Positions 28,329 to 37,354 of a stretch of 64,000 nucleotides of DNA are shown here, in pieces; within the stretch, counting starts at the first letter, position 1, and each line of letters starts with the position of its first letter. Origin of the DNA: an uncultured Chthonomonadaceae bacterium (GTDB lineage: Bacteria > Armatimonadota > Chthonomonadetes > Chthonomonadales > CAJBBX01); the NCBI GenBank assembly GCA_964429855.1, contig CAYSDM010000001.1, positions 106,240 through 170,239 of the forward strand, read 5' to 3'. The translations under genes were made by a program, and so were the position numbers. Under the pieces are notes generated by a model. The model was not told where the DNA came from. It worked only from the letters and a program-made list of their open reading frames with translations, and searched no databases.

Positions 28329-29537
28329 ATGCGTTATACAGCGATAGGGTTGTTCCTCCTGATAATGGGGTGCTGCCTGCGACCAGCGGGCGGTCAGGGG
28401 ATGCTCGATCCTCTGGCAAAGCCAGGTACGCGCCTCGGGGCGGGCTTTCTGCTGGCGCTCAGCGTCTCGGTGCGGGGCGTGGATGAGGGGGAGCTATGCG
28501 GGCAGTTTCTGCTGGATACCGAGGGGAAGCTGCAGTTAACCATCGGAAAGGAGCCGCTCCCGAAGCTGCCGCTCAAGGGACTGACGACAGCGCAGGCGCG
28601 GGAACAGATTCTTCAGGCAATACGCGGCTACTTTCGCGCGGAACCGGAGGTGATCGTCGGGATTGCCCGTATTCCGCGAATGCGCGTGCTGGTGGAGGGC
28701 GCGACCTTCCGCAACGGTCCGCTGACGCTGCCGGAAGGGGCGCGACTCTCTGATGCGCTGGCGCAGACCGGTTTTCAGGCGAACGCGGATCTGGGGCAGG
28801 TACAGATCAACCGTATTGAAAAAGACGGCTCCCGCATTCGCCTGACCGCCAATTTCCGCGCCGTGCTGGAAGGCGGCTCCTCCGACGAGTTCAACGATCC
28901 CCTGCTGCACAACAACGACCGCATCACGCTGACCCTGACCCCGACGATCCCTGTTCCGCGCACGATTATGGTGATGGGCGAGGTGAGAAAGCCCGGCGTG
29001 CAGCCGTTTGTGGCGGAGATGAAGGTGCGTGATGCCCTGTCAGCCGCGCAGGGATTCACCGACAACGCCGACCCGGAGCGCGTCACCATTCGCCGGTTGA
29101 GCGCGGAGAAGCCGCTGGTGGTCAATGCGAAGCTGGCGGCGCAGAACGTGGCGACCGAGAACCTGACGCTTCAACCGGACGATACCATCGTGGTGATGCC
29201 GAAGGACACCGGGCAGCGTTTCGCCGTTGTGGGCGCGGTCGCCTCTCCGACCACCTTCGAATACAGACAGCCGATGAAGCTGTCCGAGGCGATTGTGGCG
29301 GCGGGAGGATTTCGTCCGAGCGCAGACCGGCGCAATCTGGTGCTGATCCGCAACATGCTGCGTGATCCTGCCCGCGCCGAGACGGTGATTATCAACTACG
29401 ATGAGATCGCCAGCGGAAAAGCACAGGACATTCCGCTGATGCCGGGCGACATGGTGCAGGTGATGGAGAAGAAGAAGACCCGCAACCCGCTCACCGACAT
29501 CGGGCTGTTCATTCTGCGGATGCTGCTGCCGTTCTGA
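28329..29537 (+). CDS. Polysaccharide export lipoprotein (Wza-like: Poly_export + 3 SLBB domains)
   Basis: Lipobox LIMGC. Poly_export pattern (DTEGKLQLTIGK..LKGLTTAQAREQI). Three SLBB-like repeats (RVLVEGATFRNGPLTLPEGARLSDALAQTGF; IMVMGEVRKPGVQPF..VRDALSAAQGF; FAVVGAVASPTTFEY..LSEAIVAAGGF). Confidence 0.8.
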   Translation: MRYTAIGLFLLIMGCCLRPAGGQGMLDPLAKPGTRLGAGFLLALSVSVRGVDEGELCGQFLLDTEGKLQLTIGKEPLPKLPLKGLTTAQAREQILQAIRGYFRAEPEVIVGIARIPRMRVLVEGATFRNGPLTLPEGARLSDALAQTGFQANADLGQVQINRIEKDGSRIRLTANFRAVLEGGSSDEFNDPLLHNNDRITLTLTPTIPVPRTIMVMGEVRKPGVQPFVAEMKVRDALSAAQGFTDNADPERVTIRRLSAEKPLVVNAKLAAQNVATENLTLQPDDTIVVMPKDTGQRFAVVGAVASPTTFEYRQPMKLSEAIVAAGGFRPSADRRNLVLIRNMLRDPARAETVIINYDEIASGKAQDIPLMPGDMVQVMEKKKTRNPLTDIGLFILRMLLPF

Positions 29538-29585
29538 GGCGGGTTCTCGCCATTGCTTCCGCCCATATTCCTCGCATGGTTCGCG

Positions 29586-31622
29586 TCAGATATAGATTTT
29601 ATAGGTCTGGAGACCGTTGACGGGTCCGTAGATCGCCCAGATGGAGCCGGCAACGTAGTCGCCGAGGATCAAGCCGAGGAAGAAGGGGATACCGGCGTTG
29701 TGCGCCTTCATGCCGCCGAAGCGCACCAGCAGGAACTTGATCAGCCACGAGACGAAGAAGGCAAACCAGAAGTAGTCCATCGCATAGGAGACAGCCAGCG
29801 CGTAGCCCGCCGGGTGGAAGGGCCACCAGATAAACGCTCCGCGCAGCACCCGCAGCCCCAGCACCACCAGCGCGCCCCCCGCCACATATCCCAGTTGCGT
29901 TCGGTCCGGTTTGGTCGGGGATTGGAGCCAGCCGCTCAGGCGGTCATACGACTCCGCCCCGACCCATCGTTTGAAGCCGGGCGAGGCTTTGCCGGTCGCG
30001 CCTTCGGCGAAGGTGATGTGCATATTGGCGACATAGGCGAAGAGAATCCCGAAGATCGTGGCGGCGATCAGCACCCAGATCAGGCGGTTGGTCTGCATCC
30101 TGCCCCCCTCCGCCATCTTGAACGCCTCCAGATGATTGGGCATCGGGTGAGAGCGGTAGCCACGATTATACCAGTAGAGCACCGACAGCGAGGTGAGGCT
30201 CTGCGCCCCGACCGCGCCTACGCCGAACAGCGTCACCAGCACCGTGCGCGGGTTCACAAAGTATATCTCGTGCGGCGTTCCAAACTCGGCGCGCACCCGC
30301 GTAATCGCAATCGCCAGCAGGAAGAACAGCCCGAAAAAGAGCAGCGCCACCCAGAACGAGAGATTGATTCGGTACGAAAACCACCCCAGATAGACCACGC
30401 CCGCCGCCAGTCCCAGAAACGCGATCTGATAGCGTCGCCGCTCCGCCGGATCAATCGCGGAGAGAGAAGGAGAGGCAGCCAGTTCCGGCTTGCGCTGAAA
30501 CGCCGCGCGCCATGCCTCGCGAATCTGTCCCCGCAGCGACCATACCACCACGCAGCCCAGCGCAATCCACGCTCCGGAAGACTGCTGCTCGAAGTAGGGG
30601 AAGCCCGCGTTGGAAGGCGCATCCCATCCGGCGGACGCGCCCAGCACCTGGAACATCTTGCGCGCAAAGAAGAAGAACCAGCAGGAGAAAGCCAGATCGA
30701 GCGGCAGAAAGTAGGCGAGTCCGATGGCAAAAGGGTACATCGAGATGTTAGTCACGCCCATGGCGCTCCAGGGGCGCTGCGTGAAGAACTGACCGACGTT
30801 GTAGAGCTTAATTTGCTCGAAGTAGGGCCAGGTGGGATAGAGGTAGTGCATCCCGTTGAAGAAGGTGATGCCGGCGGCGGTGGCGAATCCCGCCCACATC
30901 ATGCGGCTGCGCCAGAAGGGAGTGACCCGGTTTTCCGGATTGGTCATTGCCATCGGAAGCTGAATGATCGGGAAAGCCAGCTTCTCGTTATCGGTCCAGG
31001 CGCGGCGGATGATGATATTGATACAGAGACACATTCCGATCAACGCCGCCAGAAAGATGCCCCACCAGAAAAGAGGCATCAGGAATGGCATGAAGTAGCG
31101 CGGATCGAGCCAGTTGGCGTCACCCTGATAGAACGCCTTGATCGCCTCCTCATCGCGCACGAGGAGAAAACTGGCGGGATCGAGGTACTGGAAGAAGATC
31201 GCTTCGTAGCGGCTCTCCGGCGTGGCGAAACGGTCGGCGTGGGCGATAGCTCCAAAAAGGTTCTGGATCAGGTCATGGGAGGCAAGCGCGCTCCCCGCCA
31301 CCAGCATCACGTAGATGGCGAGCAGTTCGCCCTGATCGAAGGCGGCTTGCGGGCGAAGACGCTTCAGCCCGAAGTTCAGCACGCACAGGCAGAACAGGAT
31401 GAAGATTGGCGTGATGAAGAGCGGGAGACTGGTTCCGTCCAGCGTGTACCAGCGCACCTCCACCACCGTGATCCAGTAAGCGTTGATGAGCATAAGAGGC
31501 AGCGCGAGAAGCACAGCGCGCCAGGTGATTCCACGCGAAGGACGGGTAGCTGCCTGTGAAGGGGTCGAGGTCTCTTCGGTGCGCGGAGCGGGTTCAGGAG
31601 TGGAAGGTGTAGCCGCTTGCAT
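29586..31622 (-). CDS. Large polytopic membrane protein, uncharacterised family (paralog A, 678 aa)
   Basis: Many hydrophobic segments. Full-length collinear similarity to the 33258..35267 product. ATG 31622 (MQAATPST) is preferred over TTG 31646 because a promoter-like element sits between them. Confidence 0.85.
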   Translation of the reverse strand: MQAATPSTPEPAPRTEETSTPSQAATRPSRGITWRAVLLALPLMLINAYWITVVEVRWYTLDGTSLPLFITPIFILFCLCVLNFGLKRLRPQAAFDQGELLAIYVMLVAGSALASHDLIQNLFGAIAHADRFATPESRYEAIFFQYLDPASFLLVRDEEAIKAFYQGDANWLDPRYFMPFLMPLFWWGIFLAALIGMCLCINIIIRRAWTDNEKLAFPIIQLPMAMTNPENRVTPFWRSRMMWAGFATAAGITFFNGMHYLYPTWPYFEQIKLYNVGQFFTQRPWSAMGVTNISMYPFAIGLAYFLPLDLAFSCWFFFFARKMFQVLGASAGWDAPSNAGFPYFEQQSSGAWIALGCVVVWSLRGQIREAWRAAFQRKPELAASPSLSAIDPAERRRYQIAFLGLAAGVVYLGWFSYRINLSFWVALLFFGLFFLLAIAITRVRAEFGTPHEIYFVNPRTVLVTLFGVGAVGAQSLTSLSVLYWYNRGYRSHPMPNHLEAFKMAEGGRMQTNRLIWVLIAATIFGILFAYVANMHITFAEGATGKASPGFKRWVGAESYDRLSGWLQSPTKPDRTQLGYVAGGALVVLGLRVLRGAFIWWPFHPAGYALAVSYAMDYFWFAFFVSWLIKFLLVRFGGMKAHNAGIPFFLGLILGDYVAGSIWAIYGPVNGLQTYKIYI

Positions 31623-31628
31623 GTGTCT

Positions 31629-31657
31629 ATCATAGCACGCGAGCAAGGGATTGGCAA
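31629..31657 (-). promoter_or_regulatory. Predicted sigma70-type promoter in leaderless configuration for paralog A
   Basis: The complement reads cTTGCCAa - 17 nt - (gTGc)TATGAT - agacac - ATG(31622). No Shine-Dalgarno. The architecture is identical upstream of paralog B. Confidence 0.55.
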
Positions 31658-31783
31658 GTGGAAAATCGCTCGGTCTGCATGGCTTTTCGCGCCTGTTATT
31701 CTCCCGGCAGGGATGTGCGAAACCCGGCGCGTATCTTTAGTCGGGCTGATTCAATCAGCTACTTTCGTCAGGGAAAGCGTTGC

Positions 31784-33235
31784 ATGAATACGAAAGACGG
31801 GTCGCAATCGCTGCCGCGCAGCGCGCCGGGCAAACAGGGAGTCTCTCCCGAAGCCATTCGCGCCTTCGTAAAAGAGATAGAAGCCGCCAATCTGGAACTG
31901 CACAGCTTCATGCTGATGCGTCATGGATATGTTCTGGCGGAGGGATGGTGGAGTCCCTATGCGCCGCAGCATCCGCATATGCTCTTTTCGCTCAGTAAAA
32001 GCTTCACCTCCACCGCCGCCGGCATGCTCGCGGCGGAGGGAAAACTCTCGCTGGAGACGCCAGTGGTCTCGTTCTTCCCGGATGATCTTCCGGCGGCCGT
32101 CAACGACAATCTGGCGGGTATGCGCGTGCGCCACCTGCTGACGATGACCTCCGGGCACAGTCAGGACACGCTCGGAACGATCTTCTCGCGAGAGGACGGC
32201 AACTGGGTCAAAGGCTTTCTGAGCCAGCCGGTGGAACACGTTCCCGGTCTGCACTTCGTCTATAACAGCGGCGCGACCTATATGGTCTCGGCAATTCTGC
32301 AGAAGGTAACCGGACAGAAGCTGCTGGACTACCTGCAGCCGCGTCTCTTTGCGCCGCTGGGAATTTCCGGGGCGACCTGGGAGACCTGCCCGCGCGGGAT
32401 CAATACGGGCGGATGGGGGCTGATGGTCAAGACCGAGGATATCGCCCGATTCGGACAACTCTACCTGCAGAAGGGCGTGTGGAACGGCACGCGCCTGCTG
32501 CCGGAGGAGTGGGTTCTTGCGGCGACCTCTGCGCAGGTTCCCAACGGCGATCCCGCTTCGGGAAGCGATTGGAATCAGGGCTACGGGTTTCAGTTCTGGC
32601 GCTGCCGACATGGAGCCTATCGCGGCGACGGAGCCTTCGGGCAGTACTGTGTGGTGATGCCGCAGCAGGATGCGGTGCTGGCGATCACCTCCGGCGTGGG
32701 CGACATGCAGGCGGTGCTGAACGTGATCTGGAAACACCTGCTTCCCGCGATGAAACCGGAACCGCTTTCGGATGAAGCCGGAAAAGAGGGGTCGCTGCGC
32801 CGCTACCTGAACGGGTTGACGATTCGCGCCCCGAAAGGAGGATCTTCTTCGGCGATGGCGTCGCAGGTGAACGGGAAGACCTATCGTTTTACGGCGAACG
32901 ATCAGAAGATCGAATCGGTGACCCTCGAGTGCGGCGCGGATCAGAGCGTCCTCCGTATTCGCGACCAGCGGCAGGAGCATCAGATCGCCTGCGGGCATGC
33001 GGGCAACTGGCTGCGCGGAAAGACGGCGCTGGATAATGAGGAACCGCGAGAAGTAGCGGCAAGCGGAGCCTGGACATCAGAGAACACCTTCACGGCGCGT
33101 CTATGCTTTTACCAGACGCCCTTTATTCCCTCTCTCACCCTGCAGTTTGCGGGAGACGCCGTAAAGTATAACTTCCGTCCCAATGTGGGATTCGGTCCGG
33201 TGGAGCGTCCAACGCTGGAGGGAAAGCAAGCCTAG
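31784..33235 (+). CDS. Serine hydrolase, beta-lactamase/transpeptidase-like fold (class C/esterase type)
   Basis: Start at ATG 31784 (MNTKDGS..). S-x-x-K motif SLSKSF, YNSG (Y-x-N-like), and downstream GGWGL / DGAFGQY. No obvious signal peptide. Confidence 0.85.
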   Translation: MNTKDGSQSLPRSAPGKQGVSPEAIRAFVKEIEAANLELHSFMLMRHGYVLAEGWWSPYAPQHPHMLFSLSKSFTSTAAGMLAAEGKLSLETPVVSFFPDDLPAAVNDNLAGMRVRHLLTMTSGHSQDTLGTIFSREDGNWVKGFLSQPVEHVPGLHFVYNSGATYMVSAILQKVTGQKLLDYLQPRLFAPLGISGATWETCPRGINTGGWGLMVKTEDIARFGQLYLQKGVWNGTRLLPEEWVLAATSAQVPNGDPASGSDWNQGYGFQFWRCRHGAYRGDGAFGQYCVVMPQQDAVLAITSGVGDMQAVLNVIWKHLLPAMKPEPLSDEAGKEGSLRRYLNGLTIRAPKGGSSSAMASQVNGKTYRFTANDQKIESVTLECGADQSVLRIRDQRQEHQIACGHAGNWLRGKTALDNEEPREVAASGAWTSENTFTARLCFYQTPFIPSLTLQFAGDAVKYNFRPNVGFGPVERPTLEGKQA

Positions 33236-33257
33236 TCGTGCCTGGATGGGAAGGCGA

Positions 33258-35267
33258 TCAGGGCCAGAAGGCGTAGGTCGGGATGTTGAGGATGATACCG
33301 ATCAGGGGCCACAGACTTCCGATCACGCATTCGCCCAGAATGATTCCCAGGAAGAATGGAAGCGCCTGCCGGTAGGCGCGCAGACCGCCGTAGCGCAGCA
33401 ACAGCAGTTTAATGGCCCAGGCGATCAGCAGAGGAAGCCAGAGCAGACTCAACGCCCACGAGCCGGAGACGGCATAGCCGACCGGATGAAAGGGGAACCA
33501 GTTCACCCGCAGGCGCAGGGCGTTCAACAGGAGCGTCAGGAAGAAGCCGACCCCGATGGCGACTCGCGTATTGAACTGCTGCTGCGGCGCGGAGGGCGAC
33601 TTTATCCAGCCATTCATGCGATTCCAGGGTTCGCTGCCGAAGATCAGGTTAACGTTGGGAGGTCCGATTTTCTGAGCGGCGCCGAACCGGTAGTTAAGAT
33701 CAAGCATCGCCCAGAAAGCGAAGAGCGCACCCAGCACAACGGCGACCAGCATCGCCCAGAAGAGCGGGCGATAGCGACCGTTGACGCGCTCCGCGATCTT
33801 GTAGCCTTCCAACTGGATCGGCATGGGGTGTGAACGGTAGGCGCGGTTGAATCCATAGAACATGGAGAACATCGCCATATCGGCGCGTCCGATCTGGTTG
33901 GACTGAGTGACCGCCGGGATGATGCTGTCGGGACCGCCCATATGCAGGTCATGCGCCGGGGGACCCAACTCGGCGCGCATACGGGTGATGGCGACCGCCA
34001 GACCGAAGTAGATGAGAAAGAAGATGACGATGATGCCGGGAGACATGCCGCATGCGTAGCAGAAGGCGAAGACGCCGACGCTTCCGAGCGCCAGTCCGAA
34101 CGCTGCCCAGCGATAGGGCAGCGGTTCGTTAGCGTCGTTGAGGTCAACCCGGCGGTTAAAAAGTCCCCTCCAGATGGCGATGAAGTGGCTGCGGCTGACC
34201 CATAGCGCGAAGACCGCCAGCCCGATATAGGCTCCGAACGTCTGCGCCTCCACATAGGGATAGCCGGGAATCTCTGAGTAGCCGAACATGGAGCCGAAGA
34301 CGCGCTCCGCCCGCCAGACCCACGCGAAGAACCACGCTGAAAAGAGCAGATCCACCGGAAGCAGAATCCCCAGCGCAATGCCAAAGGGGTAGAGCGCAAT
34401 GGGAGTCCAGCCGATAGCGTTCCAGGGAGGCACCGTGATGAAGGTATTCAGATCCTGCATGGCTCCGTGGCGCTTGAGCGGTAGAAGAGGCATCGAGGGA
34501 TAGAGAAACGCCAGACCGTTCCATAGCTCCAGCGAAGCCGCCACAATCACGCCCCACCAGAACAGTCTGGTACGGAATAACTGCGTGCGGGGGCTGACCA
34601 TCTCCAGCGGAAGCGCGACCAGAGGGTACGAAAGACGCTCGCTCTCCGTCCACTGTCGGCGGAGCAGCGTATTGATGCAGAGCATCATAAAGCAGAGCGT
34701 GCCGAGCAGCCCCGTCCACCAGAACACCGGACCGATCCATGCGCGCAGGTTATGCGCGGTGTAGAAGGTTCCCGTCCCGATATAGAACTCCTTCAACGCG
34801 CGTTCATCAGAGACGGAGAGCCAGCGGGGAATGTGTGGCAGAATGTCCGTTGCCCAGGTACTTTCCGGTCGCACAGACACTTCATAGTGCGCATGTGCGA
34901 GAATGGGAGTAAGCACCTCGATCATATCATGCCCGGCGATGGCGGAGGAGAGGGCGAGCATGATGTAGACGGTGAGAAGCTCCGGGGGAGAGAGGGCAAG
35001 GCGCGGAAAGACGCGGCGAACCAACGCATTCACGCCGATCAGCGCCGCCAGCAGGAAGACAACGTTGAAAAAGAGCGAGATGGTGGTCGGGTGACCGGAG
35101 TAGCGCACCACCTCCATCATGATGATCCAGAAAGCGTTGATAGGCATTAGTACCAACGCGGTAAAAATCGCCCGGGGCGTCACCATACGCACGCGGGGCT
35201 GGGTGGCGGAGTGCGGTGAGGAGACAGGGCGTTGATCATCCGAAGAGAGGGGATTGGTCGCCTGCAT
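33258..35267 (-). CDS. Large polytopic membrane protein, uncharacterised family (paralog B, 669 aa)
   Basis: Shared motifs with paralog A: INAFWIIMMEV/INAYWITVVEV, RRQWTESERLSYP/RRAWTDNEKLAFP, FNRAYRSHPMPIQLEGYKIAE/YNRGYRSHPMPNHLEAFKMAE, FPFHPVGYA/WPFHPAGYA, PFFLGIILGECV/PFFLGLILGDYV. Confidence 0.85.
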   Translation of the reverse strand: MQATNPLSSDDQRPVSSPHSATQPRVRMVTPRAIFTALVLMPINAFWIIMMEVVRYSGHPTTISLFFNVVFLLAALIGVNALVRRVFPRLALSPPELLTVYIMLALSSAIAGHDMIEVLTPILAHAHYEVSVRPESTWATDILPHIPRWLSVSDERALKEFYIGTGTFYTAHNLRAWIGPVFWWTGLLGTLCFMMLCINTLLRRQWTESERLSYPLVALPLEMVSPRTQLFRTRLFWWGVIVAASLELWNGLAFLYPSMPLLPLKRHGAMQDLNTFITVPPWNAIGWTPIALYPFGIALGILLPVDLLFSAWFFAWVWRAERVFGSMFGYSEIPGYPYVEAQTFGAYIGLAVFALWVSRSHFIAIWRGLFNRRVDLNDANEPLPYRWAAFGLALGSVGVFAFCYACGMSPGIIVIFFLIYFGLAVAITRMRAELGPPAHDLHMGGPDSIIPAVTQSNQIGRADMAMFSMFYGFNRAYRSHPMPIQLEGYKIAERVNGRYRPLFWAMLVAVVLGALFAFWAMLDLNYRFGAAQKIGPPNVNLIFGSEPWNRMNGWIKSPSAPQQQFNTRVAIGVGFFLTLLLNALRLRVNWFPFHPVGYAVSGSWALSLLWLPLLIAWAIKLLLLRYGGLRAYRQALPFFLGIILGECVIGSLWPLIGIILNIPTYAFWP

Positions 35268-35273
35268 AGCATC

Positions 35274-35302
35274 ATCATAGCACTTTCGGCGCGACTTGGC
35301 AA
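35274..35302 (-). promoter_or_regulatory. Predicted sigma70-type promoter in leaderless configuration for paralog B
   Basis: The complement reads cTTGCCAa - 17 nt - (gTGc)TATGAT - gatgct - ATG(35267). No SD, and no in-frame start further upstream. Confidence 0.55.
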
Positions 35303-35395
35303 GCAGGATTGCCCGGAAGATTCACGCAATTTTCAGCCGTTTTCCGCTTCAGCGATGCCGGTCGCGTTCCTCTTTTCACGACCTGTGCCCGTCTC

Positions 35396-35423
35396 TTGCT
35401 CCTGCCGATAATTGTGGTATAAT
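35396..35423 (+). promoter_or_regulatory. Predicted promoter (TTGCTC - 16 nt - extended TGtggTATAAT) for the zinc-ribbon gene
   Basis: Near-consensus -10 with an upstream TG, in an AT-rich patch. It leaves a leader of about 95 nt before ATG 35525. Confidence 0.5.
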
Positions 35424-35524
35424 GTTGGCTGAGATGATTTATGATAATCATTTTGCCACGGCCCTCCCGTTGACGGGACGGTCTCGCCAGAGACACAGAG
35501 CGGGGCACGGAGGTTGACACATCT

Positions 35525-35845
35525 ATGAGGGCGACCATCAAATGCAACTGCGGACAACGCATTTTCGCGCGCGATGTCATGCAGCAGGGGTACTATGTCC
35601 GGCAGTTCGGACCGAGCTACGTCTATATCCGCTTTCGCTGCTCCCGATGCAAGAAACTCGGTGAACACTTCATCAAGCAGGAGGAGTGGGAAGAGGGTAT
35701 CCTGAAGGACGATGCCAACGATCTCACGGTCAATGAGAAGCGCCGGTTCGAAAAGCTGGGAAAGATCACATTCGAAGAGATGCACGACTTCCACAAAGAG
35801 TTAGAACAACTGAACCAGATACCAAAGTTAGCTGAGATAGATTAG
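35525..35845 (+). CDS. Small zinc-ribbon protein with acidic helical tail (106 aa), hypothetical
   Basis: CNCG...CSRC cysteine pairs. Own promoter and terminator. Lower GC than its neighbours. Confidence 0.6.
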   Translation: MRATIKCNCGQRIFARDVMQQGYYVRQFGPSYVYIRFRCSRCKKLGEHFIKQEEWEEGILKDDANDLTVNEKRRFEKLGKITFEEMHDFHKELEQLNQIPKLAEID

Positions 35846-35855
35846 TAGATACTCC

Positions 35856-35890
35856 GAGAGGCTGCCATGCGGCAGCCTCTCTTCTGTTGT
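35856..35890 (+). terminator. Rho-independent terminator candidate (possibly bidirectional)
   Basis: Perfect 11-bp stem GAGAGGCTGCC / GGCAGCCTCTC with loop ATGC, followed by TTCTGTTGT. Lies between convergent genes. Confidence 0.6.
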
Positions 35891-35957
35891 CCGCCTTCAC
35901 CACGCCGTTATTTGTCCAGTGGGCGAAAGAAGCCAGTTCAAGGGAGCGAAAGCCTTC

Positions 35958-36767
35958 TCACGGCTCCATCGTGCCCATGTCTCCACCGACCCAGCGCAGG
36001 AAGAGCCAGGCTCCCACCATTGCGGAGGCGAAGATGATCGGACCGGAGAGGAGGATGGGCAGATAGAGCAGGAGGAAGCAGGAGAAGATAAGCAGCGAGG
36101 CGGCGACGATCCAGCCGCGCAGAACGACTCGCGGTCCGCCCTCGCGCAGTATCTGTTCATAGACGGCGGCGCGCGAAGAGAAAGTAACGCCGCAGTTGGC
36201 GCAGAACCGCGCATCAGAGAAGTTCTCGGCATGGCACATATGGCAAAATATCAGCGGGGCAGCGCTGCGCCGTTCGCGTTCGCGTGTCCAGGTGTCTAGC
36301 TGCCCCCGATGTATGATGGCAATTTTCGGGAACTGCTGCAGAGTCCAGGAGAGGTGTTCAATCGCCTGATCGAGGTCGCCGCGTTTATGAAGGGCTTCCG
36401 CCAGGGCGATTCGCGCGGCGGGATTCATCGGGTTCTCTTCCAGCGCGCGCGAATAGCTCTCGATAAACTCATCGTCTATGCGCCGGTTCTGTTTCTGTTC
36501 GGAGACCTTCCCGAAGTAGGGCAGGAGCAGCGAGGAGAGGATGATGATGACCAGCACCAGAATGGCAATCGGCCGGGGCGCGCCTGCCGCCAGGACGACC
36601 AGCGCCATATAGAGGAAGATCGCGCAGAGGGCGAGAATCGGCTCCGCGCCCCCATCCATCCACCAGCTGATCAGCCGGATTACCGGATAGGAGGCGATAA
36701 GCAGCGCAATGACAGTCATCCCAACGGTAAAGATAGCTTCCCCGGGACTCTGTATATTTTCAAACAT
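35958..36767 (-). CDS. Membrane protein with TPR-like segment and zinc-ribbon (CHMC...CANC), hypothetical
   Basis: N-terminal and C-terminal hydrophobic helices. Central NPMNPAARIALAEALHKRGDLDQAIEHL (TPR-like) and FCHMCHAENFSDARFCANCG. Confidence 0.65.
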   Translation of the reverse strand: MFENIQSPGEAIFTVGMTVIALLIASYPVIRLISWWMDGGAEPILALCAIFLYMALVVLAAGAPRPIAILVLVIIILSSLLLPYFGKVSEQKQNRRIDDEFIESYSRALEENPMNPAARIALAEALHKRGDLDQAIEHLSWTLQQFPKIAIIHRGQLDTWTRERERRSAAPLIFCHMCHAENFSDARFCANCGVTFSSRAAVYEQILREGGPRVVLRGWIVAASLLIFSCFLLLYLPILLSGPIIFASAMVGAWLFLRWVGGDMGTMEP

Positions 36768-36808
36768 GATCGAAGGCTCCCTGCCGGAATGCGAGCCAGG
36801 GGACGGGG

Positions 36809-37303
36809 CTACTCCCGATCAGCCATTTCGCGGCGTTGTTCTCGCTCCCGATCGCGGTCGGCGATGTCCTCCCGCTTATCATAGAGCTTCTTGCCGCGTC
36901 CGACCCCGATCTCCAGTTTGGCGAAGCCGCGCTGGAAATAGAGAGCCAGAGGAACCAGCGTAAAGCCTTTCTGCTCCAGGCGGGCGCGTAACACCTCTAT
37001 TTCGCGCCGGTGGAATAACAACTTGCGCGGACGACGCGGATCCACATTCCAGCGCGATCCCTGCTCAAAGGGATTGATGTGCATATTGTGAATCCACACT
37101 TCGCCGTTCTCCACTTTGCAGTAGGCGTCCTGAAGGTTCGCCCGTCCGTTTCGAATGGACTTCACTTCCGTGCCGACGAGTGCAATGCCCGCATCGAACG
37201 TTTCGAGGATGTGATACTCGTGGCGCGCTTTGCGATTGGTCAGAACCGTGCGCCGGGCGTTCGGGTCTGTGGTCTGTGTTTGTGGCGTCTTTGTCTTTTT
37301 CAC
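36809..37303 (-). CDS. smpB: SsrA-binding protein SmpB
   Basis: NRKARHEYHILE..AGI.L.GTEVKS.R.G...L.D.Y, GF.LVPL.LYF..G.AK.E.G..RGKK.YDKR. Confidence 0.97.
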   Translation of the reverse strand: MKKTKTPQTQTTDPNARRTVLTNRKARHEYHILETFDAGIALVGTEVKSIRNGRANLQDAYCKVENGEVWIHNMHINPFEQGSRWNVDPRRPRKLLFHRREIEVLRARLEQKGFTLVPLALYFQRGFAKLEIGVGRGKKLYDKREDIADRDREREQRREMADRE

Positions 37304-37354
37304 AATCAGAAGTATACAACGGCTTGGGGGGAAAGTAAAGACAGCCTGCTTCCA

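Noticed and set aside
25693-28419. A 908-aa ORF antisense to the GH78-like gene
   Set aside because: Same reasoning as above: low-complexity Arg/Pro-rich translation, and clear family motifs on the opposite strand.
29553-31559. A 668-aa + strand ORF antisense to membrane paralog A. Similar mirror ORFs occur at 6841..8205, 12282..13649, 13704..14996, 18963..20231, 31751..32998, 39118..40485, 40537..41679, 47347..48876, 53722..55161 and 62376..63776
   Set aside because: All are Arg/Gly/Pro/His-rich and lack motifs. Each lies opposite a gene with strong family evidence, so I treat them as GC-bias artefacts.
36768-37354. A tmRNA (ssrA) gene next to smpB
   Set aside because: The flanks of smpB are short intergenic gaps (about 40-50 nt) bounded by coding regions. 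I saw no tRNA-Ala-like acceptor/T-arm sequence.
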